64,000 nt of DNA, from positions 66,738,421 through 66,802,420 of the forward strand of contig NC_057719.1 in the NCBI RefSeq assembly GCF_004010195.1, read 5' to 3'. The notes beneath the pieces were generated by a model that searched no databases, had not been told where the DNA came from, and saw only the letters and a list, made by a program, of their open reading frames with translations. Both the position numbers and the translations under genes were made by a program. Positions 22,570 to 36,000 of the stretch are shown piece by piece. Source of the stretch: Chiloscyllium plagiosum. Taxonomy: Eukaryota. Numbering within the stretch: position 1 is the first letter of the stretch; each line of letters opens with the position of its first letter.

Positions 22570-24343
22570 AGTAAAGTTGCACCCCAATATGCCAACATTT
22601 TTATGCACAGGTTCAAACAGGACTTCGTCTCTATGCAGGATCTCCAACCAACATTATACACCGGGTACTTTGACGACAATTTCTTCCTCTGGACCCATTG
22701 CGAGGAGTCACTGATAAAACTACACAGTGACATCAACAAGTTTCATCCTACCATCAAACTCACCATGGACTACTCTCGACTATCTGTCTCGCTCTTGGAC
22801 ACATGCATCTCCATGAAGGATGGACACCTCAGCACCACACTCTACTGCAAACCCACAGACAACCTCACAATACTTCACTTCTCCAGCTTCCACCCAAAAC
22901 AGATGAAAACAGCCATCCCCTATGGACAAGCCCTATGTGTACACCGGATCTGCTCAGATGAGAAGGAACATGAGGGACACCTGGAAGTACTCAGGGATGC
23001 CCTCACAAGAACAGGGTACGATGCCCAACTCATCGACCGCCAGTTCCGACATGCCACAGCAAGGAATCGTAATGACCTCCTCAGGAGACAGACACGTGCT
23101 TCAACTGACAGGGTACCCTTCGTTGTTCAGTATTTCCCAGGAGTTGAAAAATTACGCCATGTTCTTCGTGACCTGCAACACATTATCAATGAGGATGAGC
23201 ACCTCACCAAGACCTTCCCCACACCTCCACTACTTGCCTTTAAACAACCGCCAAACCTCAAACAGATCGTTGTTCGTAGCAAACTGCCCGGCTCTCAGCA
23301 CAACTCCNNNNNNNNNNNNNNNNNNNNNNNNNNNNNNNNNNNNNNNNNNNNNNNNNNNNNNNNNNNNNNNNNNNNNNNNNNNNNNNNNNNNNNNNNNNNN
23401 NNNNNNNNNNNNNNNNNNNNNNNNNNNNNNNNNNNNNNNNNNNNNNNNNNNNNNNNNNNNNNNNNNNNNNNNNNNNNNNNNNNNNNNNNNNNNNNNNNNN
23501 NNNNNNNNNNNNNNNNNNNNNNNNNNNNNNNNNNNNNNNNNNNNNNNNNNNNNNNNNNNNNNNNNNNNNNNNNNNNNNNNNNNNNNNNNNNNNNNNNNNN
23601 NNNNNNNNNNNNNNNNNNNNNNNNNNNNNNNNNNNNNNNNNNNNNNNNNNNNNNNNNNNNNNNNNNNNNNNNNNNNNNNNNNNNNNNNNNNNNNNNNNNN
23701 NNNNNNNNNNNNNNNNNNNNNNNNNNNNNNNNNNNNNNNNNNNNNNNNNNNNNNNNNNNNNNNNNNNNNNNNNNNNNNNNNNNNNNNNNNNCTCAACCCT
23801 CAACCCAGACAGACACACACACACACAGACAGACAAAGACCCACATGCACACATATATTTTGTGGGGTGAATTTGTACTTGCAGGGTTACATTGTACTTT
23901 GCTAAAAAACTGCATGCATTCATGAGCTCAAAAACTGCATGAATCCATGTAAAACTCCGTTATCTCACTTTTTAGATTAGAATCAATCTAAACCCAGGGC
24001 ATAGACAGAGAACACAAGGAGCCAACACCTTCAACATATTGTCTAGCTATCACCATTGTTAACAGCTAACCCGAGAATGCAACATTTTAAAAAAAGGTTT
24101 TGTGATTTACACATGAAAGAAGTGAAACTATCACTGTATTCTAACAGATGAAAGGCTTAACAGACAATCAATTTTTCAATGTATAATTTCAGTTACATCA
24201 CACTGTAAATTTTTGCTATAAATTCTGTGTGTTAGGATTGAGCCCTCTACTACCACCCGATGAAGGAGCGACGCTCCAAAAGCTAGTGTGCTTCCAGTTA
24301 AACCTGTTGGACTATAACCTGGTGTTGTGTGATTTCTAACTTT
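22570..24343 (+). mobile_element. Penelope-like retroelement: RT fragment, N-gap, then 3' pLTR end with a mutated hammerhead
   Basis: APQYANIFM...YTGYFDDNFFLW...INKFHPTIKLT...YCKPTD...LHFSSFHP...IPYGQAL...RICS is typical PLE RT/thumb. The 3' end reads ...AAACCTGTTGGACTATAACCTGGTGTTGTGTGATTTCTAACTTT. Confidence 0.88.
23308..23791. other. Assembly gap (484 N)
   Basis: Run of N. Confidence 1.
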
Positions 24344-27300
24344 GGACAGTAAAGTTAGACGCATTCTTTACTTCTTCATTTTATTGCTTATTTTTCTGTA
24401 TTTTACGATGGTGTCGGAGAGTGGCAACACTCTACAACACTTCCACTGTCTTCTGTAACACGGAGGAATGACGGAGAAAGCAGTAGAGTCAATTAGAATA
24501 AAAGTAGAAATAGGGAAACAACAAAAGCTAATGAAAAATATAATTCAGAGAAATAAAGAGACAGCAAGAAAAAATTGTAGAAAAAATATAACGCAAAAAT
24601 ATAAACTTGGTGTCTGAAAATCTCTGGAAACCATTTGTCTTCAGGAGTGAGACTGTACACTTGTAATTTCTCACTTTCTGAACATCTAATTAAGGCCAAT
24701 TTATTAACAGGGCCAGCTTATTACAGCATGATACACTAGTTCCAACAGCTGTGGCAAGATTATTTCTTTCATATTTATTGTAATGATGGAGGAATATCAA
24801 ATCCAATGAACTGATAGTGCAGGATATGCAACACTGTAAATCACCTACTGCAAAATTTCCATTGATGCATTGGTCAAGATCCTTAGGATAACAGTGACAC
24901 AAGTTCCCTGAGAAATCTGGACTATTTCATTTCACTAATCTGTATAATAATCTTTCTATTTCATTATGTAGATTTGGATAATGGAGTTGGCTCATATTCT
25001 TGATCACAACATAATAACACAATTCATACAGGAGTCACAAAAATAAAAGTTTTTACCTAGATGGTAAAATTAATGGGGATGGGAGAAATCTTTAGAAATT
25101 CACTGTAATTGTTGGAGTGGCAACTTCAGACATGAAGGGCTTACCAAAGGGTATTTGATAGTTACAATGTCAGTATTACTGTGACAATGAAGTATCATGT
25201 AGCTGTGCTGGCTGGCTTGCAATGTACAGTGCTGCTAATAGGGTGAGTTCAACTCCTGTACCAGCTGAGGTTACAGTGAAGGTCCTGCTTTCTTAATGCT
25301 GCCTCTCACTTGAGGTGTGGTGACCCTCAGGTTAAATTCACCACCATTTGTCTCTTTCTAATGAGAACTGTGATGATGACTACTACAGCTGTGACAGAGC
25401 ACCTTGCTTGAGATACTGAAGTTTCAAGAAGATCAATAAAAGATCATTAAAACATTACACTCATAACTTGTTCCTGCATATAAAATTTGCATCAAGCATC
25501 TGTTTTGTATGCAGCATTTTCTGGATTACACCACAGCCAACATAGAAAGCTTGCCTGACAGTGAGTAAAACATCATATTTGTAAAAATTACAATGAATCA
25601 CAATTGAGTATGGAAATATTCAAATCAAATAGGAGAGATTATAAGTAAAGACATTGCACAAATATGTGAAAAACAACAGTTTTTGTGGTAGTAATCATCA
25701 AATGAGAAATGGATGGAAAATTAAACATTTTCCTTCAAATACTTATTTAAATGATGCTCAAGTTTTACTCTAAACTGAGCATTTACAAATAGGATAAAAC
25801 ATTATAATCACAACATTATGAAAAAACTTAATTATTTGATGCTATTTTCTGTGTTTGATACAGTTTTAATTTTTGCCTGTGTTTATGCAGATTCTCAAAT
25901 CACCACTGTTAATGGTTGCCAGGAAGATACCTGGCAACAGCTGTCAACATACTCGAACATTTAGTTTATGAATGACAGAAAGAAAAGTCATTCAGCAAAT
26001 GTGCAAAGACAATGTTTCTAAGCCAAGTCGCTTGATGTATTAATCAAATATGTACTGAGAAGGAACATCTCTGAGAAACAGGTTTCTTACCACAAGAGTT
26101 TCAAGATTTCTTCTTCTGTGTGTAAAGATGTATTCATCCATGCAGAAAGCAGAAGTTTTTCCTCAGGGAATTTTCCTACATCAACTCATTTGTTTGAGCA
26201 AGTTATCTGTATCACAAATGACATTTTAAGCAATGCCAGGTGTCAAAGCAGTGTGTATTGATTTTATAAAGCATGTTAAAGCTATTTAGTCATACAAAAA
26301 AGGTAGCAAATTCTGCTAGGATTATCATTATTCATTTTTGGAGGGAAATTTTAATGAATCTAGTTTTCTAAAATAATATTTTCTGTGTAAATACACTGAA
26401 GAAAATGGTTTCAGAGTTATTTGGTAAGGAAAAGTGCAATTAAGAAGAAAACAGAAATTATGTTTCCGATTTGGTCTCAGTTATAAAAAGCCATACTCCA
26501 ACCATACTTCGAGCAAGAGCTGCTCATAGATATGGAACATGTAATTTATGTATTTTTGTAATTATGAAATATAAGGGAAAAATGTATGTATTTACTTGCT
26601 TATCCATCTGCACAAGAGAAATACAACTTTACTTACTGTTCAGGTATCACTTAAAGCTTTAGAACCTTCCCCAACTATCCACTTCACTCCATGCCCACAT
26701 ACACACATACACACACACTCTCTTCCCATCTCAATTTGTGGAACTGTAGAAGATCGGTGTAGGTTCCAATTTCAGTCATGAAGTCATTAGTTCTGACTTC
26801 TGTCGATGGTGGCAGGCTTTGAAGATGGGTTCAGGAATTGTCAAGTGAACCAATTGTGGATTGGATCACTATAATAAAATGCAAGTTCACCCACATTTTA
26901 TAAAGGTCAATTTCTTCGTCTGCATCTGATATTGAGGATCAAGCAGCCTCAAAAATGGATTGGTATTCTTATGTTCTACATAACACTGGTGCCATGACAG
27001 AATCCATTTAAAAAAGACATTACATAGTGCCCACCTGTTTCCAATTGTAAACATCTTTTAATTTCAAAGCCGGTATCCTGTGACTTAGATATGAACCCAA
27101 GCCATGTAATTTGTGGTAGAAATTGGTTAGAGCCTGTGATAAATGAGAAAAGGAATCCAACAATTAAGTCTGGAGTTCTATTTATGAGCCACTGAGGGAT
27201 AAGTGTGAACTTCCAAGGACTATGGGGTAAATCACTGCCACCCAGGAACACACCCAGTGTGATTATTGACCTTTCCTCCCATTTCTGTCCAGTCTGCTCC

Positions 27301-29125
27301 GGCTGGTTTCCCACTTTCTTTGCTGGAATGCCTCTTTGCTGCCTTACAATTCACTTGGCAGCTTTAAATAGAGCCAGTCTATCCCAGGACTTATTGGCCT
27401 GGTAGCCATTTAGCAACTGACCAACAAAGAGTCACAGTTAAAATGTTCTTGCTGGAAGAATTCATGATTGTATGAAATAAAATATACGTTTGCCAATGTT
27501 CATTTAACAATCCTGATGTATTATGAGGATGGGTTCTGGTTTCTGACCTGCAGCTTTTTCATTTAAAACCTTTTGGCTACCTTGGATTTAACTAGCCCCA
27601 AAACCTTTTTACCATTTCTTACTTTTTCTGCTACTTCTCACTTCCTCAGTGTTTTTAAGAATTAATGGGATAGAAAGGTAGAAAGATCACCAACCCCATT
27701 TTTAAGTTGTTACTGCCTCATCAACCCCAGTTAAAGAAAATTGACCCTATTAAGTGTGATAAACTATGGTTGTCTTCTCATCTTTGTACTTACCTCCCAC
27801 CCACTATCCCTCACTCTCCCTCCCTTGCCATCTCTCTTGATCCACATCTCTCCATCTTTACACCTTTCCTGACTTCCTCTGACCCCATTGCAGCTGGCCA
27901 CACTTGATTCCCTCACTGCCTGCCTTCCGGAGAGAGTGAGAGTTCAGGAGAGGGAAAGACATTGAGAAGCCAGAGGGTGGTGACCAAGAGGGAGTGAGAG
28001 CAAGAGGGAAGTTGTGAGGTGATAAATCAGGAGGGAGATAAAAGAGAGAGTGTTGGAGGGAAATGGGAAGTTGCAAGGGGGCAGTGCAAAATAGTGAGTG
28101 GAATGGATTGGGATGGGTTGAGTGAGAGCAGGAAGTTTGGATGTGGCAACAAGGGAAATTGCAGGAAGTGTTGAAAAACAAGTTTGATGAATAGGAAGTT
28201 TCAGCATGGTTACAGGTATATGCATAATAATCATGCTAAAATGAAAATGGAGCTCCAGTTAAGAGCGCTGCTTTTCAGTCAAGTTCCCTCATTTACAAAC
28301 CACACTAGAACAAATATTCACTTGTAGAATACACTAAATGGAGTGTTCTCATATCTACATTTGAGACTGCTGAAAATGAACATATCGACCAATCAATTAG
28401 GAAAGAAGTTTGCAAAATCTCCTGGGATTAATTCTTTGTTATCATCCTAAACTTTAAGTCACTTCTTAAAACTTAGCTCTCCGACCAACCTTTTGGACAC
28501 TTGTACTTACATTTTAAGTTTGATAACACTTCTGTGAAGTACTTTGAAAAGTTCTATTGCATAACTGTGCTATTTAAAAGCAAGTTGTTGTGTAGATTAG
28601 TTCCAAATCAATGACATAAGCACCTAACATCCTTCAGAGCGTCTCCTTTACCTTGTTCACACATATTACCGATGCTATATGTCACTTCTTTATTCTTCCT
28701 GAAAAAAATTGCATTTATCTGTTGATTGTGCAAATTCATTAATACCTTTTTTAAATTTTGTAACAGATTACTTTAGCTAAAGTTAACTAAATCCAATGCC
28801 ATCCACAAATTTTAAAACTGTATTTCTTGAATCTAAATTGTTTGTGTAAATTGAGAAGAGCAGTAGTTCCAGTACTGATATCTGTAGAACATTACTTTCC
28901 CCCTTATAACAGCCTGAGTACTGACACTTAACTCTTACTCAGTACTTTCTGTTAAATAGTATACATCAACCATTTGGGGCTACTGACCTCCTGACTCTGC
29001 CTATTGGACTTTAGTCATGAACTTGTTTATTTAAATTCCTTTGAAAATTTAAAATGGATTACATATGCTACATAACTCTTCCCTATGCTTTCTATTACAT
29101 GTTTAAAAAGTTAGTCAATTTAAAC

Positions 29126-29710
29126 CAGCACGATGGCTCAGTGGTTAGCACCGCTGCCTCACAGCACCAGGGACCCAGGTTTGATTCCAGCCTCGGGTGA
29201 CTGTGTGAAGGTTGCATGTTCTCCCCATGTCTGTGTAGGTTTACAAGAACGATATCTCGACTTCAGGGGTTAAGTTATGAGGAGAGATTGTGCAAATTAG
29301 GCCCGTTTTCTCTGGAATTTAGCAAGTTAAGAGGTGATTTGATCAAAGTCTCCAAGATATTAACAGGAAAAGAGGGGTTAAGAATAAATTGTTTCCACTG
29401 GTTGGGATTTCAGAACTGGGGGACATAGTCTGAAAGGTAAGGCCGGTCTGTTCAGGAGAGAAGTCAGGAAGCATTTCTACACACAAAGTGGGGGTAGATG
29501 TTTGAAATGCTGTTCCACGAATAGCAGTGGATGCTGGATCAGTTGTTAATTTTAAATCTGACATAGACAATTTTTTGTTAAGTAAAGGTATTAAGGGATA
29601 TGGGGCAAAGGCATATACAGATAGAGTTAGGCACAGCTCAGTCATGAAGTCATTGAATGATGGAACAACTTTGAGGGCTGAATGGCCTACCTCTGTTCCT
29701 GTGTTCCTAA
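29126..29710 (+). mobile_element. HE1-type SINE head (29126-29237) abutting a CR1 LINE 3' fragment
   Basis: CAGCACGATGGCTCAGTGGTTAGCACCGCTGCCTCACAGCACCAGGGACCCAGG is followed by the peptide RFTRTISRLQGLSYEERLCKLGPFSLEFSKLRGDLI. Confidence 0.75.
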
Positions 29711-30054
29711 ACTCTCACTGAGAGAAGCAGAGTGAGGTGAGAAGGCGTAGAATGCATTCTTCCTTTCTGCATTCAAATACATAGATCACATAATGTCATT
29801 AATAATGTAGAAATCCCAAAATGCCACAGTTTGGGAATTAATTAAAACAATTGTTCTAGTTAAGGTGAAACTAGTAATTCAGAGTGTAGATCACAAAATG
29901 CTAAAACCACCTAAATCCAAATTACAGCCCAACTTGATGCATCCATCAGTATAATATTTTCAGAACTGTACACACACATTCCTTGAAATAACCTATAGTT
30001 CAAATGGATTTTAAGCACTAACAGGAGAACATGAAACAATTCAAGGTCTTTTCC

Positions 30055-30570
30055 CTTAAAAAGGATGTTGTTAAGCTTGAGATGGTACAGAAAAGATTTA
30101 CAAGGATGTTGTCAGGACTTGAGAGCTTGAGCTATAAGGAGAGACTGAATAGGCTGGGGCTTTTTTCCCTGAAGTATCAGAGGTTGAGAGGTGACTTTGT
30201 AGAGGTTTATAAAATCATGAGGGGCATGGATATGGTCAATAGCCAACGTATTTTTCATGGGTGGGAAAGTCCAAAACTAGAGGGCATAGGTTTAAGATGA
30301 GAGGGAAAGAATTTTAAAAGGCCCTTAGGGGTAAATGTTTAATGCAGAGTATAATGTCTATATGAAACAAGCTGCCAGAGGAAATGGTGGAGACAGGTAC
30401 AATTATAACATTTAAAAGGTATCTGGATGGGTACATGAATAGGAAGAGTTTAGTGCAATTAGGCAAAATGCTGGCAAATGGGACTAGATCAGATTGGGTT
30501 GTCTGGTCTGCATGGATGGCATGGACCAAAGGGTCTGTTTCCATGCTGTATGATTCTACGACTCTAAGTG
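30055..30570 (+). mobile_element. CR1/HER1-type LINE 3' fragment
   Basis: KDVVKLEMVQKRFTRMLSGLESLSYKERLNRLGLFSL...LRGDFVEVYKIMRG, followed by the typical tail. Confidence 0.85.
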
Positions 30571-32664
30571 AAGGCTGAGAGGTAGACAGTTAGAAATGTT
30601 TTAAACGATGAGAGGGCTTGCTTGGCTGGATGCAGAGAAATGATTTTCATTAGCCATCCCTCAATCCCTCAATGTCTGCTCTGACTTCTATGTTTCCACT
30701 ATTGGTTTTCATGTAAATGAATAAGTCGATTCTCAACATACACATCATTGAGAACATGGGACAGGCCATTGTGTCCAATTAGTGGAATCCAGAGTGTAAG
30801 ATCTGTTTCCTTTTTCTGCTAGCACTCTGCCTCAATTTTAAAAATTTTGAACTTGAAGCACAACATAGGACTGTTGCTTAAATGAGTCATAAACACAAAA
30901 ATGTTAATAAATCCAATTAACTTAAAATAGAATTCAGGCAAAACTTCTTTACTCAAAGATTGGGAAGAATGTGGAATAATCTCTATAAATTTAAACATGG
31001 GAATCCACTCAATTGGACATGGATAGATGGATTGTGTCTGTTTCATGTCTAAAAATGGGCCAAATGCATAACAATTCCTTCCCCAGATATACATTTAACT
31101 CTATAATGATCTTATTATTACACTATTTTACAGCTAAATATTACGTCTCCAATCTTAATGGAAGAGACTCAGTTTGTTTATGCCATGCCATTGTTTCTGT
31201 AAGAATGCCTCATCTGAAACTTTACTACTTAAACTTCTGATTACATTGTAGTATTCCACTTCATTATAATTATTACAGGTTTTTTTTTATAATAACTTAC
31301 ACTGAGTTATGTGAGAAATTTTATGCGGAAAATAAATGTTCTATTATTTGAATGTGCAATCTTTTTCATTAAATTAGCAATAACATTGATAATCAATGCT
31401 TTACAAATAGCTTGCTTTTTGCTAACATGAATAATTTTGGGAGTAACTAGAGTACAGGAATTCCAGGTTTTCTCTTAAATTACAAGAAACTCGGTAAGAA
31501 ATCCTTGTTAAAAAAATTGGCAATCTCAGTGGAAATGAACATTGTGAATACATTGCATAATCTGAATGTTTTAAAAATCTGATCCCAATTTAACATCAAT
31601 GGATTTATCAATTTATATTTGTAAATTGGTCTTTACTTGGTTTTAAGATCTCATTAATCAATTGTTTGTTGCGAGAATTTGGTTGTTAATATAAAACTCT
31701 GTGCAGGTACTATTAATTAATGTGCTATTATACATTCTCATATTAACATTAGAAAATCATAATTGTTATAGTTAATTATACTGCACAATGATATACAAAA
31801 TGTGAGCTGCTTTTATGGCACAATTTATGTGGTAATACTTGTTCAAAATAGGTTCCATGGAATATGTTTCTGATTATAATAATCCAATAGCAACAGCTAA
31901 AGAATGTAAAAGTTGGTATTTATTAGTATTGCTGGAGTAGTTAGTTGCTTGCATTGTACCACACAGTTCCTGAAACTTTGTAAATGTTCCCATTTCTCCA
32001 CATAAAAGCCAACTTAGTATTGGATCAAACCATGAAGCCAATGATGTTATTTGAAAAGCACTGGTCTCAAATATGCATCTCTAGATAGTATATTTCTTGG
32101 AAATCTATTATAGCTGAAAATAAATGATTGGCAGAATTTAATCCAAGTGACAGAGCCTGGAGAGCCACCGAGAGTTCTGCGCTGCTTCTTGTAAGGAAAG
32201 CTGATCATATTAAATGCCTTTGAGGCCCACAAGGAGCCAATGGTGGGCCAGTCCTGTTCAGTACCCTGGGCAGCAAATCCTATACCCTTGAGAGCTGCAG
32301 GTTGATCACAGGCTGATCATTGCACAGGCAGCACCACCATGGAGTGCTAGTAGTTGATGGTATTGCACCCATTAGAGGATGAGTGTCTGTGATGGACTTG
32401 ACTACAAATGAGTGAGGGGGCGGGCATTGACCACTTGCTAGTGGTATAGCTAGGAACTGAAGAGAAGATAAGGCAGTGGTTCTCAGTGTCCCAAGGGTGA
32501 TGCCCTCCTTTCTGCATCCCTGGGAGCCACAAAGAAACTTGACAAGTTTTTTTTATCATGCATGGCATTAATTGCCCACTGAATTGGCACTGCGGGGGCA
32601 TGCAGGTTGTTTGTGAACCTTCCCAGCCTAATCCTAATCAGGAAAGAGGCAGGAATACAGTGCC

Positions 32665-32857
32665 TAAAAGTGTGGCACTAGTAAAGCACAGCATCCAAGG
32701 AGAAGGAGAGTCGACGGTTTGAGCATAAGCTCTTCGGAAGAGCGTACACTCGAAATGTCGACTCTCTTGTTTCTCAGATGTTGCCTGACTGGCTGTGCTT
32801 TTCCAGCACCACACACTTTGACTCTGATCTCCAGCATCTGCAGTCCTCATTTTCTCC
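32665..32857. mobile_element. Penelope 3'-end-derived fold-back element (hammerhead 5' core deleted at the fold point)
   Basis: TSD CAGGAATACAGTGCC at 32650-32664 and 32858-32872. Arms are inverted around CTCTTCGGAAGAG. Ends in CTGCAGTCCTCATTTTCTCC. Confidence 0.8.
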
Positions 32858-33839
32858 CAGGAATACAGTGCCCCCATTGCCCACCACCTTCAGCACTCCT
32901 GCTCAACTAAATGCCCTTGCTGCCCTCAAAAATCACCTCATAAGTGGGTATTAAATTCTGCTGGCTGTGCGTCTTCTTATCTGGGTTGATGTTTTTTCTA
33001 AGAAGACTGGTCTTAGTTCAGATGGCTAAAACAATCAAGATTTGATTTTAAATTGATTTAAGTTCACATTTCAAGGGGAACAAAAAACAAATTTCAACAA
33101 GTTTTTAAATAAACAATGGTACTGATTTCACCTGCCATTTAGTCAATTGCAAACTTGTAATTTGATATATATACAATTTAAGCAAAACAATACAGCCAAA
33201 TAATACACAGTTAAGTGAAAGACTGTGATTTGAATCAGTACAAACAAAATGCATTATATCTTGTATTAAAATATTAATATTGTGAGGAATAGCATTTACA
33301 TTATGGATTTTGTCTACATTGAATAAATATTTAAATGAACTCTAGTCTTAATAGTTTGCTAGAGTTCAATCCAGTGGATTTAGGATGCTTTTGCTGCCTC
33401 CTGGTGGATCTTAATATAATTGCAATGGCTAATCAATCTCTCTGATAGATACTTTTCATTGCTTTTGAGTCATCAGATTAATTTCTATCATAGAGGTGTC
33501 GCATGCTCAGCACTATATTCATCATGCTAGTCACTCACTTGAAGGAAAAGTAACAATGCTCGTCTAAGAGGGAAAGAAAATGATTGAATGATTGAAAATA
33601 AAATGTATTAAAGAGATCTATGTCAGCCCTTGCAAAAAAATTAAAATTCACTGGAGGGCAGCAACTGCGACTATCACCTGCTCATCTCATTGAAGGGACA
33701 TTAAAGGAAATAACATCGTAATCAAGGCTTTATTCTGGTGACTTCTTTCCATCTGTCTCTTCTGACCTTTGCTATATATTTTCTATTGACAAAAATCTCT
33801 AGATGGCTGTGTTTGTGGGTTTGTAAGGTGCTGTCTAAG

Positions 33840-34720
33840 AAGCCTTGGTGAATTTAAGGGGATATTTCAGAATACTCAGAATAGGTATATTCTTTCTATG
33901 AAGAAAAACTCCAAAAGAATGGGTTGCCATTTTTGGTTAAATGAAGAAATTAGGGAAGTCATCAAACTGAAGGAAAAAGCATGTAAATATGCAGTGGTAG
34001 ATGAATGCAATGGTAGATGGTTGGTCAGAACAGCAGAGAATGGATACAAGTTTAAACAGGAGGATGAAATTAGAGAAGCCAGCTAGTAATATAAAAATGG
34101 ATAATGAGAATTTCTACAGGCATTCAAAAGGACTGGAGTAATTCAAGTGAATGTTAGTCCTCCACAGAATGAGAATGGAGAGTCAATGTAGATTATAAGA
34201 AAATAGCAAATGAGCAAATACTTTGCTTCACTTTTCATTATAACAGGCACAAAACCATTCCAGTAATAGCTGAAAATCGGGAGTTTAAAAGGAGGGGAAA
34301 CTTAATGAAATTACAATCACAAAGGAAGTGGTACTTAGCAAAATGTGAGGGTAAAACATTCACTGTTTTCAAGAGGGAGATGGGTATAATTCTTATGGAG
34401 CTTAAAAATGTGTTGCTGGAAAAGCGCAGCAGGTCAGGCAGCATCAAAGGAACAGGAGAATCGATGTTTCTCCTGTTCCTTTGATGCTGCCTGACCTGCT
34501 GCGCTTTTCCAGCAACACATTTTTAAGCTCTGATCTCCAGCATCTGCAGTCTTCACTTTCTCCTATAATTCTTATGGATAAAGGGATCAAGGGAAATGGG
34601 GAGAGGATGAGAACAGTTTACTGAGTTGGATGATCAGCCGTGATTATATTGAATGGCAGAGTAGGTTTGATGGGCTGAATGGCCTACACCTGTTCCTATT
34701 TACTATGTTTCTGTGTTAGT
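33840..34720 (+). mobile_element. Very degenerate CR1-like LINE remnant hosting the hairpin insertion at 34400-34563
   Basis: CR1-like 3' tail (GGATGATCAGCC...GGGCTGAATGGCCTACACCTGTTCCTAT) and remnant ORF2 peptide WLNEEIREVIKLKEKA. Confidence 0.5.
34400..34563. mobile_element. Perfect 63-bp hairpin mini-element derived from a Penelope 3' end
   Basis: Arms 34398-34460 and 34468-34530 are exact reverse complements. TSD TATAATTCTTATGGA at 34385-34399 and 34564-34578. Confidence 0.9.
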
Positions 34721-35182
34721 CAAATCAAAGAAACATGGCAGAGACAAAGGATACAATTCAGTCCATGTCTCTGCACTGGTTCTCTGGAAAAGACTGTTTT
34801 TGTTCTTGTTTTTAATTTCACCACTTTATCCACATCTCCTTTATTGATTCTCATTCCAGCAATGCTTTAACAAAGCATTCCATTTCTTGATGCTGCTTGT
34901 GTGGAAAATTAATAAACATTTAACCTATATTAAAGTTTATAATCTTACATTAAATCTGGAAATTCGGCAATTATAAACAAGGGATGATAAGAGTGAACAT
35001 CTCTAGAAGCCAGCAGACTCAGGTTCCAGTTCCATGTGATCTGATGTCATTATAACAAAGCTTCTAATGCATATTCACAGTAGCTATTCTTAATATAAAG
35101 CTGTTGTCAGCCCTTTACTCCACACAGCATTTTTATTACAGAAGGACTACACTAAATTTATGGCAAACAACACGCTTCTTAC

Positions 35183-35402
35183 AAACAAAATCAGAAATTG
35201 CTGGTGAAACTCAGTAGTTCTGGCAGCCTGTGTGGGAAGAAATCAGAGCTAACATTTCCATTCTGATGACTCTGTATTAGAACTCTCCAAGCTTGAAACA
35301 TTAACTTTGCTTTCCACCCACAGATGCTGCCAGATCTGGAGAGCTTCGCCAGCAATTTCTGTTTTTGTTTCGGATCTCCAGCATCCAGCTCATTTTGTTT
35401 TG
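35183..35402. mobile_element. Degenerate fold-back element of another pLTR-like family
   Basis: CAGAAATTGCTGGTGAAACTC... is inverted with ...GAGCTTCGCCAGCAATTTCTG. Related to 36001-36090, 45459-45681 and 55775-55910. Confidence 0.7.
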
Positions 35403-36000
35403 TTACGCTTGCCACAAATCTGTACTAGCTGACTTTAAATGATCCATGTGGGTATTAATTTTATCTTGACTTATGATATTTAGAAGTTATAGTAATCTGG
35501 TTTATTTCTTTCTCCTTCCTTGAACAGAGACTTTACATTGACAGTCTTCCAATTCTCAGCATGATTTCCATAACCAGAAGGTTTTGAAGCCATTGCCGAG
35601 AGTACAGCAAAGGTTTACAAGAGTAGTTCTAAGGAATTTTAATTATTAGAATAGATTGGAAATTTGGGACCGTTTCCCTTGAGAAGAGGAAGCTGAGCAG
35701 AACAAGTGCTCAAAATGATGAATCGTTCGCACAGAGTAAATTGGGAAAAAATATTTTCACTCATGAAAGGGCAGGGAATAAGGGCACAGATTTAAGTTAA
35801 TTGGTAAAAGAATTTTTTCTCAACATTGAATACCTTGGGTCTGCTTGCACCATGTATACCAAGGGTCAGATTTTAACTGTGCGTAAGTATTTTTAATTTA
35901 AAAAATATGCTTTACTTATAAAAATATCTTTATATACATAGTCACTAAAGAAGTTCAGTTCTGTACAGCACCAACTGGAGAAATAAATCAACAAAGAATG

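Noticed and set aside
22922..23925. Long ORFs crossing the N-gaps (also 44261-45042)
   Set aside because: Their length is an artefact of N translated as X.
26091..26214. Exon-like segment on the minus strand (cag...gtaag)
   Set aside because: All three frames have stops from the upstream acceptor, the peptide is unrecognisable, and no partner exons were found.
32210..32235. Minus-strand CTTGTGGGCCTCAAAGGCATT resembling SCG5 LVGPQSI
   Set aside because: Flanking codons do not match 7B2 and there is no donor site; a chance match.
35263..35305. CTGATGA...GAAAC on the + strand resembling a hammerhead
   Set aside because: There is no stem II. The CTGATGA falls in the decayed antisense arm of the fold-back element and looks coincidental.
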